Below are positions 9,130 through 18,731 of a DNA stretch of 30,463 bases, one piece after another. The position numbers were made by a program, and so were the translations under genes. The notes under the pieces were generated by a model that was not told the DNA's origin, did no database searches, and saw nothing but the letters and a program-made list of their open reading frames with translations. Positions within the stretch are counted from its first letter, which is position 1, and each line of letters begins with the position of its first letter. The DNA is from an uncultured Myxococcales bacterium (lineage in GTDB: Bacteria; Myxococcota; UBA4151). The DNA lies in contig CAXGWI010000027.1 of the NCBI GenBank assembly GCA_964013405.1, forward strand, positions 1-30,463, written 5' to 3'.

Positions 9130-11211
9130 TTACTCAGGGGCGTTAGGGTCGCCTTGTTGCTGAGATTCCAGCTCCTCCACCCGTCGCTCTAGGGAATCGA
9201 GTCGGGGCTCCAAGGCCTCGACTGAAGATCCGTCGACGGATGCCTCCTCGCCGTCCGCTGCTGCGAGTCCGTCGCCAGCCTCCTCGTCCTCGTCCTCTTC
9301 ATCCTCGTCTTCATCGTCGAGCTCATCGCCATATTCGGCGGCCATCAACTCGTCGAGACGCATGACCGCAGGTGCCTCTTCGCCGTCCTCGTCTTCATCC
9401 CCGTCTTCGGTCATGACGAGGGCTTCCTCCTGGATGCCCTTCAACCAATTGACGGGCCCAATGGAGACGGCTGGCACATAGGTGACGATCAAGAGCCCCA
9501 CCAACATCACCCGAGTAAAGGGGAAGGTGGCCCGGATCACGTCGCCGATGCTGCGTTTGAAGAGACTGGAGCTGACGAAGAGGTTGAGCCCCATGGGCGG
9601 GGTCAAATAGCCGATCTCTAGGTTGACGATGAAGATGATGCCCAAGTGAACCGGGTCGATGCCCAATTCCATGGCCATGGGCGCCACCACGGGGGCCACG
9701 ATCAAGATGGCGCTCATGATGTCCATGAGGGCACCCACCACCAGCAAGAACAAGTTGAGGATCAACAAGAAGCCGATCCGCTCCAGGTTCAAGCTCGACA
9801 GCCAGCCAAGGGCTTTCTCCGGCACCTCCGCGTCCACCAAGAAGCCATTGAAGCCCAGGGCCATGGCGACGATCACCAACAAGGCCCCCAGCATGACCAT
9901 GGAGTCCAACAGGTGGGGCACCATGCCCCGCCAAGTAAGGGCCCGGTGGACAAAACGCTCCACCAAGGCGGCGTAGACGACCGCCACCGCCGCCGCTTCC
10001 GTCGCATTAAAGAGCCCGGAGTAAATGCCGCCGAGGATCACCACCGGCAGCATGAGGCTCCAAAAGCCATCGACCACCGCGTGGCGGAGTTCTTTCCAGT
10101 CCAGCGGGCAGAAGGCCACCGCCACGACAAACAACGTCGGCACCCCCAGGAGGAGCACCGATGCCCCCACCCGACCCATGACCGCCAAGGCCCCCAGACC
10201 CAAGCTCAGCACCACGGCGAGGCCGACCGCGATCATGCCCCGCTTCACCGGCGCCGACAGGTTCCCCCGGCGCAGGCCTTCTTTGATGCCGTAGGCCGAG
10301 AGGAGACCGCCGATTAACAGGCCCGGACCGACGCCGGCCAGGAAGAGATCCCGAGGCAGCACCTGGGCTGCACCGGTCACCATGATGGCGTAGACGATCA
10401 TGGGGATGGAGGGGGGAATCAGGATACCGAGGGAGCCGGCACTGGTCACAAGGCCCAGGCTGAAGGGCTCCCGAAAGCCGGCCCGCAACAGGGCCGGATA
10501 CATCATCGAGCCGATGGCGATGACCGTCACCGGCGAGGAGCCACTGATGGCCGCAAAGAAGATACAGGCTGCCACCGTCACGATGGCAAGGCCGCCTGGC
10601 ATCCAACCCACCAAGGCCCTCGACAGGTTGATGAGGCGCTCCGCGATGGCCCCTCCCGTCATCAGCGCACCCGCGATCACGAAGAAGGGAATGGCCAGCA
10701 GCACCTCTTTATTGGTGAGCTCACTGACCTTCCGGATCAGTTCGGTGAAGTCATCAAGGCTCGTGTAGGCTTTGTCCCCGACCCCGAGATAGAAGAGACA
10801 ACTGACGGTGACTGCGCCGATGATCGCAAAGAGGGGCAAGCCCAGGAGAATGCCCAACAAGGCGCCCCCCAAGACGATGAAGGTGCCGGGCTCAAGCCCC
10901 AGAAACATCCACAGGCTGAGCAGCCCGATGACCGCAGCGCCTGCGGGCTTCTCGGAAAATGCCAAGGCCCCCACGATCAAAATGGCGAGCTCCAGCCAAG
11001 CGGCGATAATCGCGCCGGTGCCTCGGCCCTCGCTGACGAGGAAGAGGTTGGCGATCAACAGGACCACGATCCCCACGGCGAGACCCACGGGGGCCTTCTT
11101 CGCAGCAGGCTTATTGCGTGCGTCGATGCGCTCGGCCATCTCGATCAACTCGAGATCGATGGGGCGCGTGCCGGCTAGAACCCGAGGACTGCGCTGCGAT
11201 GGCTCGCTCAT
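9130..11211 (-). CDS. dctM: TRAP transporter large permease (DctM family) with extra hydrophobic segments and an acidic C-terminal tail
   Basis: Motifs LLAIPFFVIAG, FAAISGSS, GSLGILIPPSIPMIVY, ATEAAAV, IDPVHLG and EIGYLTPPMGLNLFV. Confidence 0.93.
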   Translation of the reverse strand: MSEPSQRSPRVLAGTRPIDLELIEMAERIDARNKPAAKKAPVGLAVGIVVLLIANLFLVSEGRGTGAIIAAWLELAILIVGALAFSEKPAGAAVIGLLSLWMFLGLEPGTFIVLGGALLGILLGLPLFAIIGAVTVSCLFYLGVGDKAYTSLDDFTELIRKVSELTNKEVLLAIPFFVIAGALMTGGAIAERLINLSRALVGWMPGGLAIVTVAACIFFAAISGSSPVTVIAIGSMMYPALLRAGFREPFSLGLVTSAGSLGILIPPSIPMIVYAIMVTGAAQVLPRDLFLAGVGPGLLIGGLLSAYGIKEGLRRGNLSAPVKRGMIAVGLAVVLSLGLGALAVMGRVGASVLLLGVPTLFVVAVAFCPLDWKELRHAVVDGFWSLMLPVVILGGIYSGLFNATEAAAVAVVYAALVERFVHRALTWRGMVPHLLDSMVMLGALLVIVAMALGFNGFLVDAEVPEKALGWLSSLNLERIGFLLILNLFLLVVGALMDIMSAILIVAPVVAPMAMELGIDPVHLGIIFIVNLEIGYLTPPMGLNLFVSSSLFKRSIGDVIRATFPFTRVMLVGLLIVTYVPAVSIGPVNWLKGIQEEALVMTEDGDEDEDGEEAPAVMRLDELMAAEYGDELDDEDEDEEDEDEEAGDGLAAADGEEASVDGSSVEALEPRLDSLERRVEELESQQQGDPNAPE

Positions 11212-12572
11212 GCCGCCTCCTCTTTCGATTCGGCCTCAGCCTCTTCACGCTCCGCGAGGAGGGCTTCCAACTCGCTCTGATCCACGTCGATCCCAGCGGC
11301 GGCCAGGTAGGGATCATCCTCTTCTGCTTCGACCCCATCCCAGAGGTTGTCTAAGCCGATGGCCAACATGCGCAGACCGGCCACACCCAGACCCACTGGG
11401 ATCGCTAACTGCACGGTCCAATAGGGTATCGGAATGCTGGGATAGATCTTCAGCGCCGGGTTCTCAGCCCACTCGATGTAGTCGGTCCACGTCTGCATTC
11501 CCCCGAGCCAGGCGAGGAAGAAACACGCAGCGGCCCCACCCACATGGGCACCGAAGCCAAAGAGCGGCTGCATGCGATCGGGCACCGATTTCCGTACGGC
11601 ATCGACGGTGATATGTCGGCCTTCACGGGCCGCGACCGCGGCACCAAAGAAAGCCAGATAGAACAACATGCCCGAAGCGATCTGCAGAGCCCCCGGGATG
11701 TCCGAGGGGAAGGCCCAGACGAAACCGTGGCAGAAACCGTAAAATCCGGCGGCGATGACGAGCCCGGCTGCCAAGCGCATCGCCAGGCTCTTCCACTGGG
11801 TCACCATGGCCCGCTCGGTGGCGAAGATGAGCAGCAAACTCATCACGAGCCAGAGGATGATGACCGTCTGCTGACCGGAAGCCACCTGGGCTTGCATACA
11901 GTCGTTGAGGGCGCCCAGCTCGGGGTGGCTGCCCCCCTCAGAGAGGGCATCGAGCAACGCGCTGCGGTCCTTGCCATCGGTGGCGACGGCCTCTGCGCAC
12001 AGATAGGACGAAGCGCTCGGGTTCATCACCTCGCCCAAGCGATTAACGCCAGTGTCCCCCACCAACTTGGTGACGTTGCGGTGCAGAACAGAGAGGAAGG
12101 TCACCAAAGTCATGGCCGTGGCAGCGATGACGATCATCCCCACCTCGAGACGCTGCCAAGGCCGATCAAAGGCCCGAAAGAAGCGACGGAGGTCCCCCAC
12201 GACCCGAGCGACCCAGGTCAGCACCCTGGTGATCGTTTGGCGCGGCATGGTCAGGAGACCGAGGACGATGCCCCCCGCAACGATCCACCGCAGGGCCCCA
12301 CGCAGCTCGGCCCAGCCCTCCGGCGCCCACCAGGCGACTGCGACCATCACCAGGATTGCGAGGCGAGCCCATCGCCGCCAATCCATGAGGCGGAAGAACT
12401 GGGGCACGACCTCCAAGAGGGTCCAGAGCAGCAAGCCGGCCACAAGCCAAAGGGGCAAAACCGCAGGCCAGTCGAGCCCTCGGGCCCAGACGCCCCCGTA
12501 GACTTCTAGGAGCCCAGCGAGCAGTCCATAGGCGCTCAGCTTGAGCGCCGACTGAACAAGGGGGTGGTTCAC
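11208..12572 (-). CDS. dctQ: TRAP transporter small permease (DctQ family), enlarged to 454 aa
   Basis: Lies between dctP and dctM with 4-nt overlaps; C-terminal half carries the DctQ signature FFGAAVAAREGRHITVD...IPYWTVQLAIPVG. Confidence 0.8.
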   Translation of the reverse strand: MNHPLVQSALKLSAYGLLAGLLEVYGGVWARGLDWPAVLPLWLVAGLLLWTLLEVVPQFFRLMDWRRWARLAILVMVAVAWWAPEGWAELRGALRWIVAGGIVLGLLTMPRQTITRVLTWVARVVGDLRRFFRAFDRPWQRLEVGMIVIAATAMTLVTFLSVLHRNVTKLVGDTGVNRLGEVMNPSASSYLCAEAVATDGKDRSALLDALSEGGSHPELGALNDCMQAQVASGQQTVIILWLVMSLLLIFATERAMVTQWKSLAMRLAAGLVIAAGFYGFCHGFVWAFPSDIPGALQIASGMLFYLAFFGAAVAAREGRHITVDAVRKSVPDRMQPLFGFGAHVGGAAACFFLAWLGGMQTWTDYIEWAENPALKIYPSIPIPYWTVQLAIPVGLGVAGLRMLAIGLDNLWDGVEAEEDDPYLAAAGIDVDQSELEALLAEREEAEAESKEEAA

Positions 12573-13600
12573 TTGCCTCGACGGTAGGCCTTAAGCCCTT
12601 TCTCGATCGCGGCGAGGAGCTTTGCCCCCTCAGGTCCGCCGAAGCTCTTGAACAGCTTGTGCACCTTCTTCGCCCGCTTCGCCATCTTCTGACGCTCGCC
12701 GGCCGACACCTCGTGCACTTGGACTTTCTTGAGCTTGAACTGCTCGAGGAGCGGGGCGTTGAGCTTACGGATCAACTGGCGGCCCTTCTTGGTCTCCTTC
12801 TCCCGATACTTGGGATCGAGGAGCACTTTTTGCAGTCGCTTGTCTTGGCGATCAAACCACTTCTTCGAAGCCACCAGCACGGCCGGTTGGTAAATGTGGC
12901 CCGTGAGGCTGTAGTGCTTGATGGAATCCACCCAGTTGGTGGCGAAGGTAAACAGAGGCGTGTTCGTGAAACCATCGACGACCTTGTTCTGCAGCGCCGA
13001 AAGCACCTCGGGCACCCCCATCTCCACCGGGCTCCCCCCGAGGGCGCGGAAGGTCTCCAAATGGACACGGCTCTGCTGAACCCGCAGTTTCAGGCCTTTG
13101 AAATCGTCGGCCCGCTTGATGGGCTTTTGCAAGGTCGCCATGCCGTGCCAGCCGTTCTCGGAGAAGCCGAGGAGCACGAAGCCCTGGCGGGCAAGGATCT
13201 CCGACACCTGATCGAAAACCACGTTGTCGAGAACATGGTCGGCCTCGGCACTGTCCCGGAAGAGGTAAGGCAGTTCGAAGACATTCAGGGATGGAGCGGC
13301 CGTTGCGATCGCCCCCGTGGAGACACCGATCAGGGGCAGGCGCCCGAGCCGGCACTCTTCCACCATCTCCTTCTCACCACCGAGCTTACCGCCCAAAGCC
13401 GGCTTGATGCGGACATTCATGCCCGCCGCCTTGGCCTGCTTACTGACCCGCTTAGCGAACTGCTTGAGCCAGATGGCCCAAGGGGTCCCCTGGGGTGCCA
13501 CCGAGCCGGCCCGCACGGAGATCTTCTTCCCCTTGGCAGCGACGGCTGGCCCAGACGCGAGGCCCAGGCCCAAACACATAACGACAGCGAGGGAGCGCAT
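12569..13600 (-). CDS. dctP: TRAP transporter substrate-binding protein (DctP family)
   Basis: Signal peptide; motifs GSVAPQGTPW, GGKLGGEKEM, FELPYLF, FKGLKLRV and EVLSALQNKVVDG. Confidence 0.93.
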   Translation of the reverse strand: MRSLAVVMCLGLGLASGPAVAAKGKKISVRAGSVAPQGTPWAIWLKQFAKRVSKQAKAAGMNVRIKPALGGKLGGEKEMVEECRLGRLPLIGVSTGAIATAAPSLNVFELPYLFRDSAEADHVLDNVVFDQVSEILARQGFVLLGFSENGWHGMATLQKPIKRADDFKGLKLRVQQSRVHLETFRALGGSPVEMGVPEVLSALQNKVVDGFTNTPLFTFATNWVDSIKHYSLTGHIYQPAVLVASKKWFDRQDKRLQKVLLDPKYREKETKKGRQLIRKLNAPLLEQFKLKKVQVHEVSAGERQKMAKRAKKVHKLFKSFGGPEGAKLLAAIEKGLKAYRRGK

Positions 13601-14514
13601 TAGAAGCGGTCTTCCGATTCTTCGAGAAGGGCTTTAGCCTTCACCTTCTCACGGGCCAACTCCGGTGCGAGGTCGGCGTAGACCGCCTCGGACACCTCTT
13701 TAAGGGACTCGATGTTGAAGGCCATGACCTGCTTCAAGCTCTTCTCATAGTTGGCCTTGTCGTCCTGCTTCGTATAGAGGAGGTCGGCCCGCAACACGAC
13801 CGTGGTCATGTTGAAGGGAGCGATCTCGAGGCTCTTCTTGAAGTACTCGGCGCTCTTGTCCATGTCGCCGCCAGCAAAGGCAGGAGCGATGGAGTAGAAG
13901 GCCCCCCAGTAGCGGGGAACGGCACCATGAAAGAAGCCGTTCTTCGGATCATCCAGAGCTTCGACCCGGCTCATGATCGCCTGAATGGTGCTCTTTTGAC
14001 CAAGGACAACAGCGAAGCCTTTCTTGCGGGCCCACTTACCCAGGTTGGTCGCGTACCAGTAGGCGGCCGGCAGGCTCTCTTTGCCGATCACGTTGATGGA
14101 TTCCCCGACGTTGCCATCGGTCTCTTCCATCTTCGTCCGGAAAGCCGGGCTCGAGAAGAACAGGGCCTGCTCCGCAGCCTTTAGCCCCTTCTGATAGGTC
14201 TCCAACATGCCTTCACCCTCGCCCTGGAAGCGCAGGTACGCATCGCTGAGGAAGTAGTTGGCCCGGGCGAGGCTCGTGAGCACCTCGACATCGTCGGAGA
14301 TTGCGACGACCTGCTCCCAGGTTGCGATCGCCTTCTTCAACGCTTCCGGGTCGTGACGATTGGCCCAGTGGGCTGCCGCCTGCTCCTTAAGCTGGGTGAT
14401 CTGATCTTCCTTACCGGTGCTGGCTTTCGCCGCACGGGCCTTCATAAACGCGTGACCGCCGGAACAGCCTGTCATCAGGCCGAGGGACACGAGGAGGATG
14501 ATTTGATGGCGCAT
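13600..14514 (-). CDS. TRAP-associated TPR-like lipoprotein (TatT family, T component)
   Basis: ATG 14514 with AGGAG RBS; lipobox MTG-C. Helical protein with YWYATNLGKW, FFHGAVPRYWGAFY..APAFAGGD....EYFKKSL and C-terminal KAKALLEESEDRF; stop overlaps the dctP start. Confidence 0.8.
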   Translation of the reverse strand: MRHQIILLVSLGLMTGCSGGHAFMKARAAKASTGKEDQITQLKEQAAAHWANRHDPEALKKAIATWEQVVAISDDVEVLTSLARANYFLSDAYLRFQGEGEGMLETYQKGLKAAEQALFFSSPAFRTKMEETDGNVGESINVIGKESLPAAYWYATNLGKWARKKGFAVVLGQKSTIQAIMSRVEALDDPKNGFFHGAVPRYWGAFYSIAPAFAGGDMDKSAEYFKKSLEIAPFNMTTVVLRADLLYTKQDDKANYEKSLKQVMAFNIESLKEVSEAVYADLAPELAREKVKAKALLEESEDRF

Positions 14515-14620
14515 GAAATAACTCCTGATCCAAGTTTTCGGCACCGGGTTAGTGCCAGTTGCTTGCGATTGCAACGACCTTTGAAGCAACCGATTCAATC
14601 GGGCCCCATGGAAAATCCGC

Positions 14621-15472
14621 TCAGGCCAGGTCCTTACGAACGGAATCCACGAATTGTAGCCAGGGGGAAGCGGCCTCCTCGCCCCGGGCAGTCAAGACCT
14701 CAACACCATCCTCAGTGACGAGGATGGTGTGCTCAAACTGAGCGCTCTGCAGCCCATCTTCCGTCAAGGCGGTCCAGCCATCGCTCAAGGTCCGGTTACG
14801 ATGGGTACCCAGGTTGATCATGGGCTCGATGGTGAAGGTATTGCCGGACTTGAGCGCGGGTCCCCGTTGCGGACTGCGGTAGTGGATCACGTTCGGCGGT
14901 GTGTGGAAGGTATCGCCAATGCCGTGCCCAACGAAGTTGCGAACCACGCCGTAGCCATGCCGATCTGCTTCGGCGTGAATGGCCCGGCCGATGTCGTTGA
15001 GGCGCCGATAGCGGCGACGACCGGCCGGCTTGGACAACTCTTCAGCCTCAAAACAGATCGCAGCAATACCCCGGTAGAGGCAGGCTTGGGTGTGTTCCAC
15101 CAAGGCCACGACCTCCGGGGCAACCTCCGGCATGATGAAGGTTTTCGACGTGTCGCCGAACCAGCCCTCGAGGGTGACCGTGATGTCGAGATTGATGATG
15201 TCCGTCGGCTGCAACACTTCCTCAGCATTGGGGATCCCGTGGCAGACAACCTCGTTGCGACTGCTGCAAATCGACTTGGGAAAACCATTATAATTGAGGG
15301 GGCTGGGATAGGCCCCGGCCTCAACGATGTAGTCATGACACATATCATTGAGTTCCAAGGTGCTGATCCCCGGCTGCACGTGGGGTTCGATGAACTCGAG
15401 CACCTCGGCCGCGAGCCGGCCTGCGGCCCGCATCCGGTCGATCTCTTGCGGCGTTCTACGTGGTAGTCTCAC
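14621..15472 (-). CDS. map: Methionine aminopeptidase, type I
   Basis: Motifs FPKSICSSRNEVVCHGIP, NLDIT, GDTS, GHGIG, TIEPMIN and AQFEHT. Likely start GTG 15472, 4 nt after the upstream stop. Confidence 0.95.
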   Translation of the reverse strand: MRLPRRTPQEIDRMRAAGRLAAEVLEFIEPHVQPGISTLELNDMCHDYIVEAGAYPSPLNYNGFPKSICSSRNEVVCHGIPNAEEVLQPTDIINLDITVTLEGWFGDTSKTFIMPEVAPEVVALVEHTQACLYRGIAAICFEAEELSKPAGRRRYRRLNDIGRAIHAEADRHGYGVVRNFVGHGIGDTFHTPPNVIHYRSPQRGPALKSGNTFTIEPMINLGTHRNRTLSDGWTALTEDGLQSAQFEHTILVTEDGVEVLTARGEEAASPWLQFVDSVRKDLA

Positions 15473-15476
15473 GGTA

Positions 15477-16361
15477 TCAAGTGACCGCGATGAACGCGAT
15501 CCCACCCTCCACTGTCTGGGCCTTTTGCAGGGCCTCGTCGGCGGCCCCCATGATGGAGAGGCTGACACAGCCTTTACCCATGGCGCTGCTCACACCGCCG
15601 ATCACCGGCTGCTCATCGAGTGCCATCCGCACATCCTCAAACAGGCGTTCTAGGCAAACCTTTGCATCCTCGGGTCCCGTTTCGGGCAAGAGCAGCGCAA
15701 AGCGAGCCTCACCGATTCGAGCGAGGAGGTCGTTCGTCCGCAGGGTCCGACTCAGCACCCGGCTTACCTTGCGCAGGCGCAAATCCGCCCAGATGCGGCC
15801 GACCCGCTCCACGTACTCTTCGAAGTTGCGTAACTCCAACACGGCCACGCTGACACCACGGCCATAGCGACGGGCCCGGGCACATTCGTTATCGAGACAT
15901 TGATTGAACACCACCCGTTTTGCAGCCCCAGTGAGCCCATCTTCACGGGCCACATCCACAAGCAGATCCTGATACTTCCCTTCAATGCCCTTGCCACACA
16001 GGAAGCGCATCACGGTCCGCCCCAAGCGCAGCTCATCGCCGTCGCTCAGGAGCGACTCGGTGACAGGCTGGTCGTTGACCGCCGTGCCATTGGTGGAACC
16101 CAGGTCACGAACCATATAGCCATCGGGGGAGACAAAGACGCTGGCATGGCGACGGCTTGCGCTGTCATTGCGCAATTGGATGTCGCATTCACGACTGCGA
16201 CCGATGACCGTTTCCTGGCGCCCCATCGGCAACCGCCGCCCCACCTCTTCACCGTAGACCACGACCAAGCAGGCTTCGTCGTTGAACAGCAAGCCCCGGC
16301 TGACGCCAGAGATCACCGTGACCACCGTACTGTCGCCGGTGCCATCCATGATGTCAGTCAT
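15477..16361 (-). CDS. FHA domain plus degenerate GGDEF domain protein
   Basis: FHA motifs IGRS, SRRHA and DLGSTNGT. GGDEF-like region starts DGLTG, but the signature reads RTNDLLARI-GEARF. Confidence 0.88.
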   Translation of the reverse strand: MTDIMDGTGDSTVVTVISGVSRGLLFNDEACLVVVYGEEVGRRLPMGRQETVIGRSRECDIQLRNDSASRRHASVFVSPDGYMVRDLGSTNGTAVNDQPVTESLLSDGDELRLGRTVMRFLCGKGIEGKYQDLLVDVAREDGLTGAAKRVVFNQCLDNECARARRYGRGVSVAVLELRNFEEYVERVGRIWADLRLRKVSRVLSRTLRTNDLLARIGEARFALLLPETGPEDAKVCLERLFEDVRMALDEQPVIGGVSSAMGKGCVSLSIMGAADEALQKAQTVEGGIAFIAVT

Positions 16362-16385
16362 CCGTCCGCTCGCAAACGCGTGGCC

Positions 16386-18680
16386 CTAAGGCGCCGGCTC
16401 TTCCTCGGGCGGATCCTGGCAGGAGCGCTCGGTGCACACCTCACCTTCATCACACTCCGCATCGGCATCACAGTCGACCAGCGCGCAGGCTCCATTGCCA
16501 CCGGTGCACTCCAGGGCGGTGAAGCTCTTGGTCACATCGTTGATGCCGTCGAGGTTCGTGGCGTTGAAGGCGAGAATATCACCGAGGGACACATCATCCG
16601 TGCCAAAGGCCTGAACCCAGGGGCTCTCTGCCCGGTCATCGAATCCGTCAGGCACCGCAGGCACGACGATCTCACCTGTGTGATCGGCCCCATCCACGTA
16701 GATGGCCCAGCCCTTACCGGCATCGAGACCACTCATCTTCAAGCGATAGAATGTGGCACCTTCGGCGCCGGTCCCGGCCGTGTACGTGCGGTTCCGAACG
16801 TCATAGTTGGAGCCGGTCGTGAAACCCATGAAGCTGTCTGCAACGGCCTGGCGCTCACAACTTTGGAGATCGGCGCAAACGGGCAGACGCGGCGTGCGCA
16901 CGACGATCCCGCTCAACGCGGTCCCATCCTCGGCGAGAAGACCATCAACGTCGAGACTCAAGAGGAGTCCCCAGTGGTCATTGCCATCAAGGCCAGAGTG
17001 CCGGCGGGCGTAGGTGATCGCGAGTTGGTCGCCAGGCTGATCATCTTGACCCGAAACCCGGCCATCGGCTGGATCATCTTCACCGAGGCTATCCACGCCC
17101 ACGCCCAAACCGAGGGGCACCACGCCCTGACCGGGGACTTCCACAGCCACCAGCCCTAAAGCCGCGCTCAACCATCCCTCACCGCCACCTGGGCGGGCGG
17201 GCAGGGCGGGCACGGAGAACGACGTGCGGAAGTCCAAACCACCGGAAAGGGGCAGCACATGCTCCTCAAAGTCGCCGGTCACCCGCTCGGGGCAATCATT
17301 CTCTTCGGTGGGGTTACAGGTCACCAGGTTCACCTGGGTGCCCAACTTCACACCGTGGGTCATCTGGTTGATCAGGGGCGACAATGCGCCCAACAGGGTG
17401 CCGAAGGGGAGGTTGTCCAAGTCAGCATCTTGAATGAGCGGGGCGATGGTCGGCAGCAGGCTCGTGATGTCGCTGAGACGGAAGGCAGCGCCTAAGCCCC
17501 AGAGTGTACGTGTCCCTTCCAAGCCCAAGGCCGTGAAGCTCGGCTTAAACTCCTGGGGCCCGAAAGCCAGGGTGATGCCCTGGGGCAGCGGAACCCCCTC
17601 ATCGGGGAGCGGCAGGCCGGGGATGTTGACCTGCGTCGGCACCAGATCACCGATGAGGCTCATGAAATCGATATCTGCGAAGCTGCCCTGCAGTGAGAGG
17701 CCCGCCAGCCCAACCTTCAGGTCACGATCCGGCAACTTACTGAAGTCGAAGCGGCCCTTCACGCCCGAGACTTTGCCCACGGGGTAGGTGGTGACCGGAA
17801 TCATCAAGTCGTTGCCTTGGGGCTTAAGGATCGTCACGTAGTCCGCTTCCCAATCCGCGTTGCGATAGAACAAGCTCACCGAGGTCACGGGCCCGGCCAC
17901 AACACCGAAGTCAGCGATGCCGGCATCGTCTGTGACGAGCGTCTGATCTTCAGCGGCGTCCACCACCACGGTGGCACCAACGAGCGCACCGCCCGTCCGG
18001 CTATCCACAGCCACGACGCGCATGCTGTCGTTCGCGACGTCCGCATAGTTACGACCGGAAAGGGTGCATTCGACAGCGGTCCCCGCAACCGTTGCCTTCA
18101 CGGTCCAGTTTCCGTCCGCTGAACCGCCGGTCATCACGCCCTCTGCCGAGACGGCGATTTGAGTATCACCGGCCCCAACGCTGTATTCGTAAGCCATTCG
18201 ACTCACCACGGCACCGCCACTGGAATAGGCGACGGCCGCCAACTGAGCGGTCTCCCCTTGGCGGGTCACTTGCGCACCGGTCAGCGAGCAGCTGGCAACG
18301 CTGGCCGGGTCGGGGGCGATTTGGCAGGCGCCACCGACACAGACGCGACCCGCGCCACACTCACCATCATCGGTGCAGATCTGGTCCGTGCACTGACCCG
18401 TGTGGGCGATGCAGACTTGCCCCTCTTCGAGGCAGTCGTCGTCCGTCTCACACGCAACCTGGAAGCAGAAACGATTGGTGCAGGCATAGCCCGGAGCACA
18501 CTCATTATCTTCCTTGCAGCGGCAAGCCTCACCACCGATCTTTCCATCCACAGCGCTGGTGCAGGGGGCCGCGGGCGGTCCCGCATCGTTGCCACCATTG
18601 GGTTCGTCATCGGGACATCCAGCCAGAGCGAGCGCCAGCGGCAGGATCAGGGCGAGAGGTAATTGAGTACGCACGAGCAT
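16386..18680 (-). CDS. Large Cys-rich lipoprotein with Ig-like and carboxypeptidase-regulatory-like segments and an uncharacterised core
   Basis: AGGAG RBS; lipobox LAG-C-PDDEP. CxxDxxC Cys-rich units at both termini; VVAVDSRTGGALVGATVVV...TDDAG segment. Confidence 0.7.
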   Translation of the reverse strand: MLVRTQLPLALILPLALALAGCPDDEPNGGNDAGPPAAPCTSAVDGKIGGEACRCKEDNECAPGYACTNRFCFQVACETDDDCLEEGQVCIAHTGQCTDQICTDDGECGAGRVCVGGACQIAPDPASVASCSLTGAQVTRQGETAQLAAVAYSSGGAVVSRMAYEYSVGAGDTQIAVSAEGVMTGGSADGNWTVKATVAGTAVECTLSGRNYADVANDSMRVVAVDSRTGGALVGATVVVDAAEDQTLVTDDAGIADFGVVAGPVTSVSLFYRNADWEADYVTILKPQGNDLMIPVTTYPVGKVSGVKGRFDFSKLPDRDLKVGLAGLSLQGSFADIDFMSLIGDLVPTQVNIPGLPLPDEGVPLPQGITLAFGPQEFKPSFTALGLEGTRTLWGLGAAFRLSDITSLLPTIAPLIQDADLDNLPFGTLLGALSPLINQMTHGVKLGTQVNLVTCNPTEENDCPERVTGDFEEHVLPLSGGLDFRTSFSVPALPARPGGGEGWLSAALGLVAVEVPGQGVVPLGLGVGVDSLGEDDPADGRVSGQDDQPGDQLAITYARRHSGLDGNDHWGLLLSLDVDGLLAEDGTALSGIVVRTPRLPVCADLQSCERQAVADSFMGFTTGSNYDVRNRTYTAGTGAEGATFYRLKMSGLDAGKGWAIYVDGADHTGEIVVPAVPDGFDDRAESPWVQAFGTDDVSLGDILAFNATNLDGINDVTKSFTALECTGGNGACALVDCDADAECDEGEVCTERSCQDPPEEEPAP

Positions 18681-18731
18681 CGTCTCCTATTGGTGTTGCG
18701 GCCGCACAAGAGGGGCCGAACTCGGGGCGGG

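Noticed and set aside
15473..15568. ORF-track start of map overlapping the GGDEF gene by about 90 nt
   Set aside because: Map similarity begins at the GTG at 15472, just after the upstream stop.
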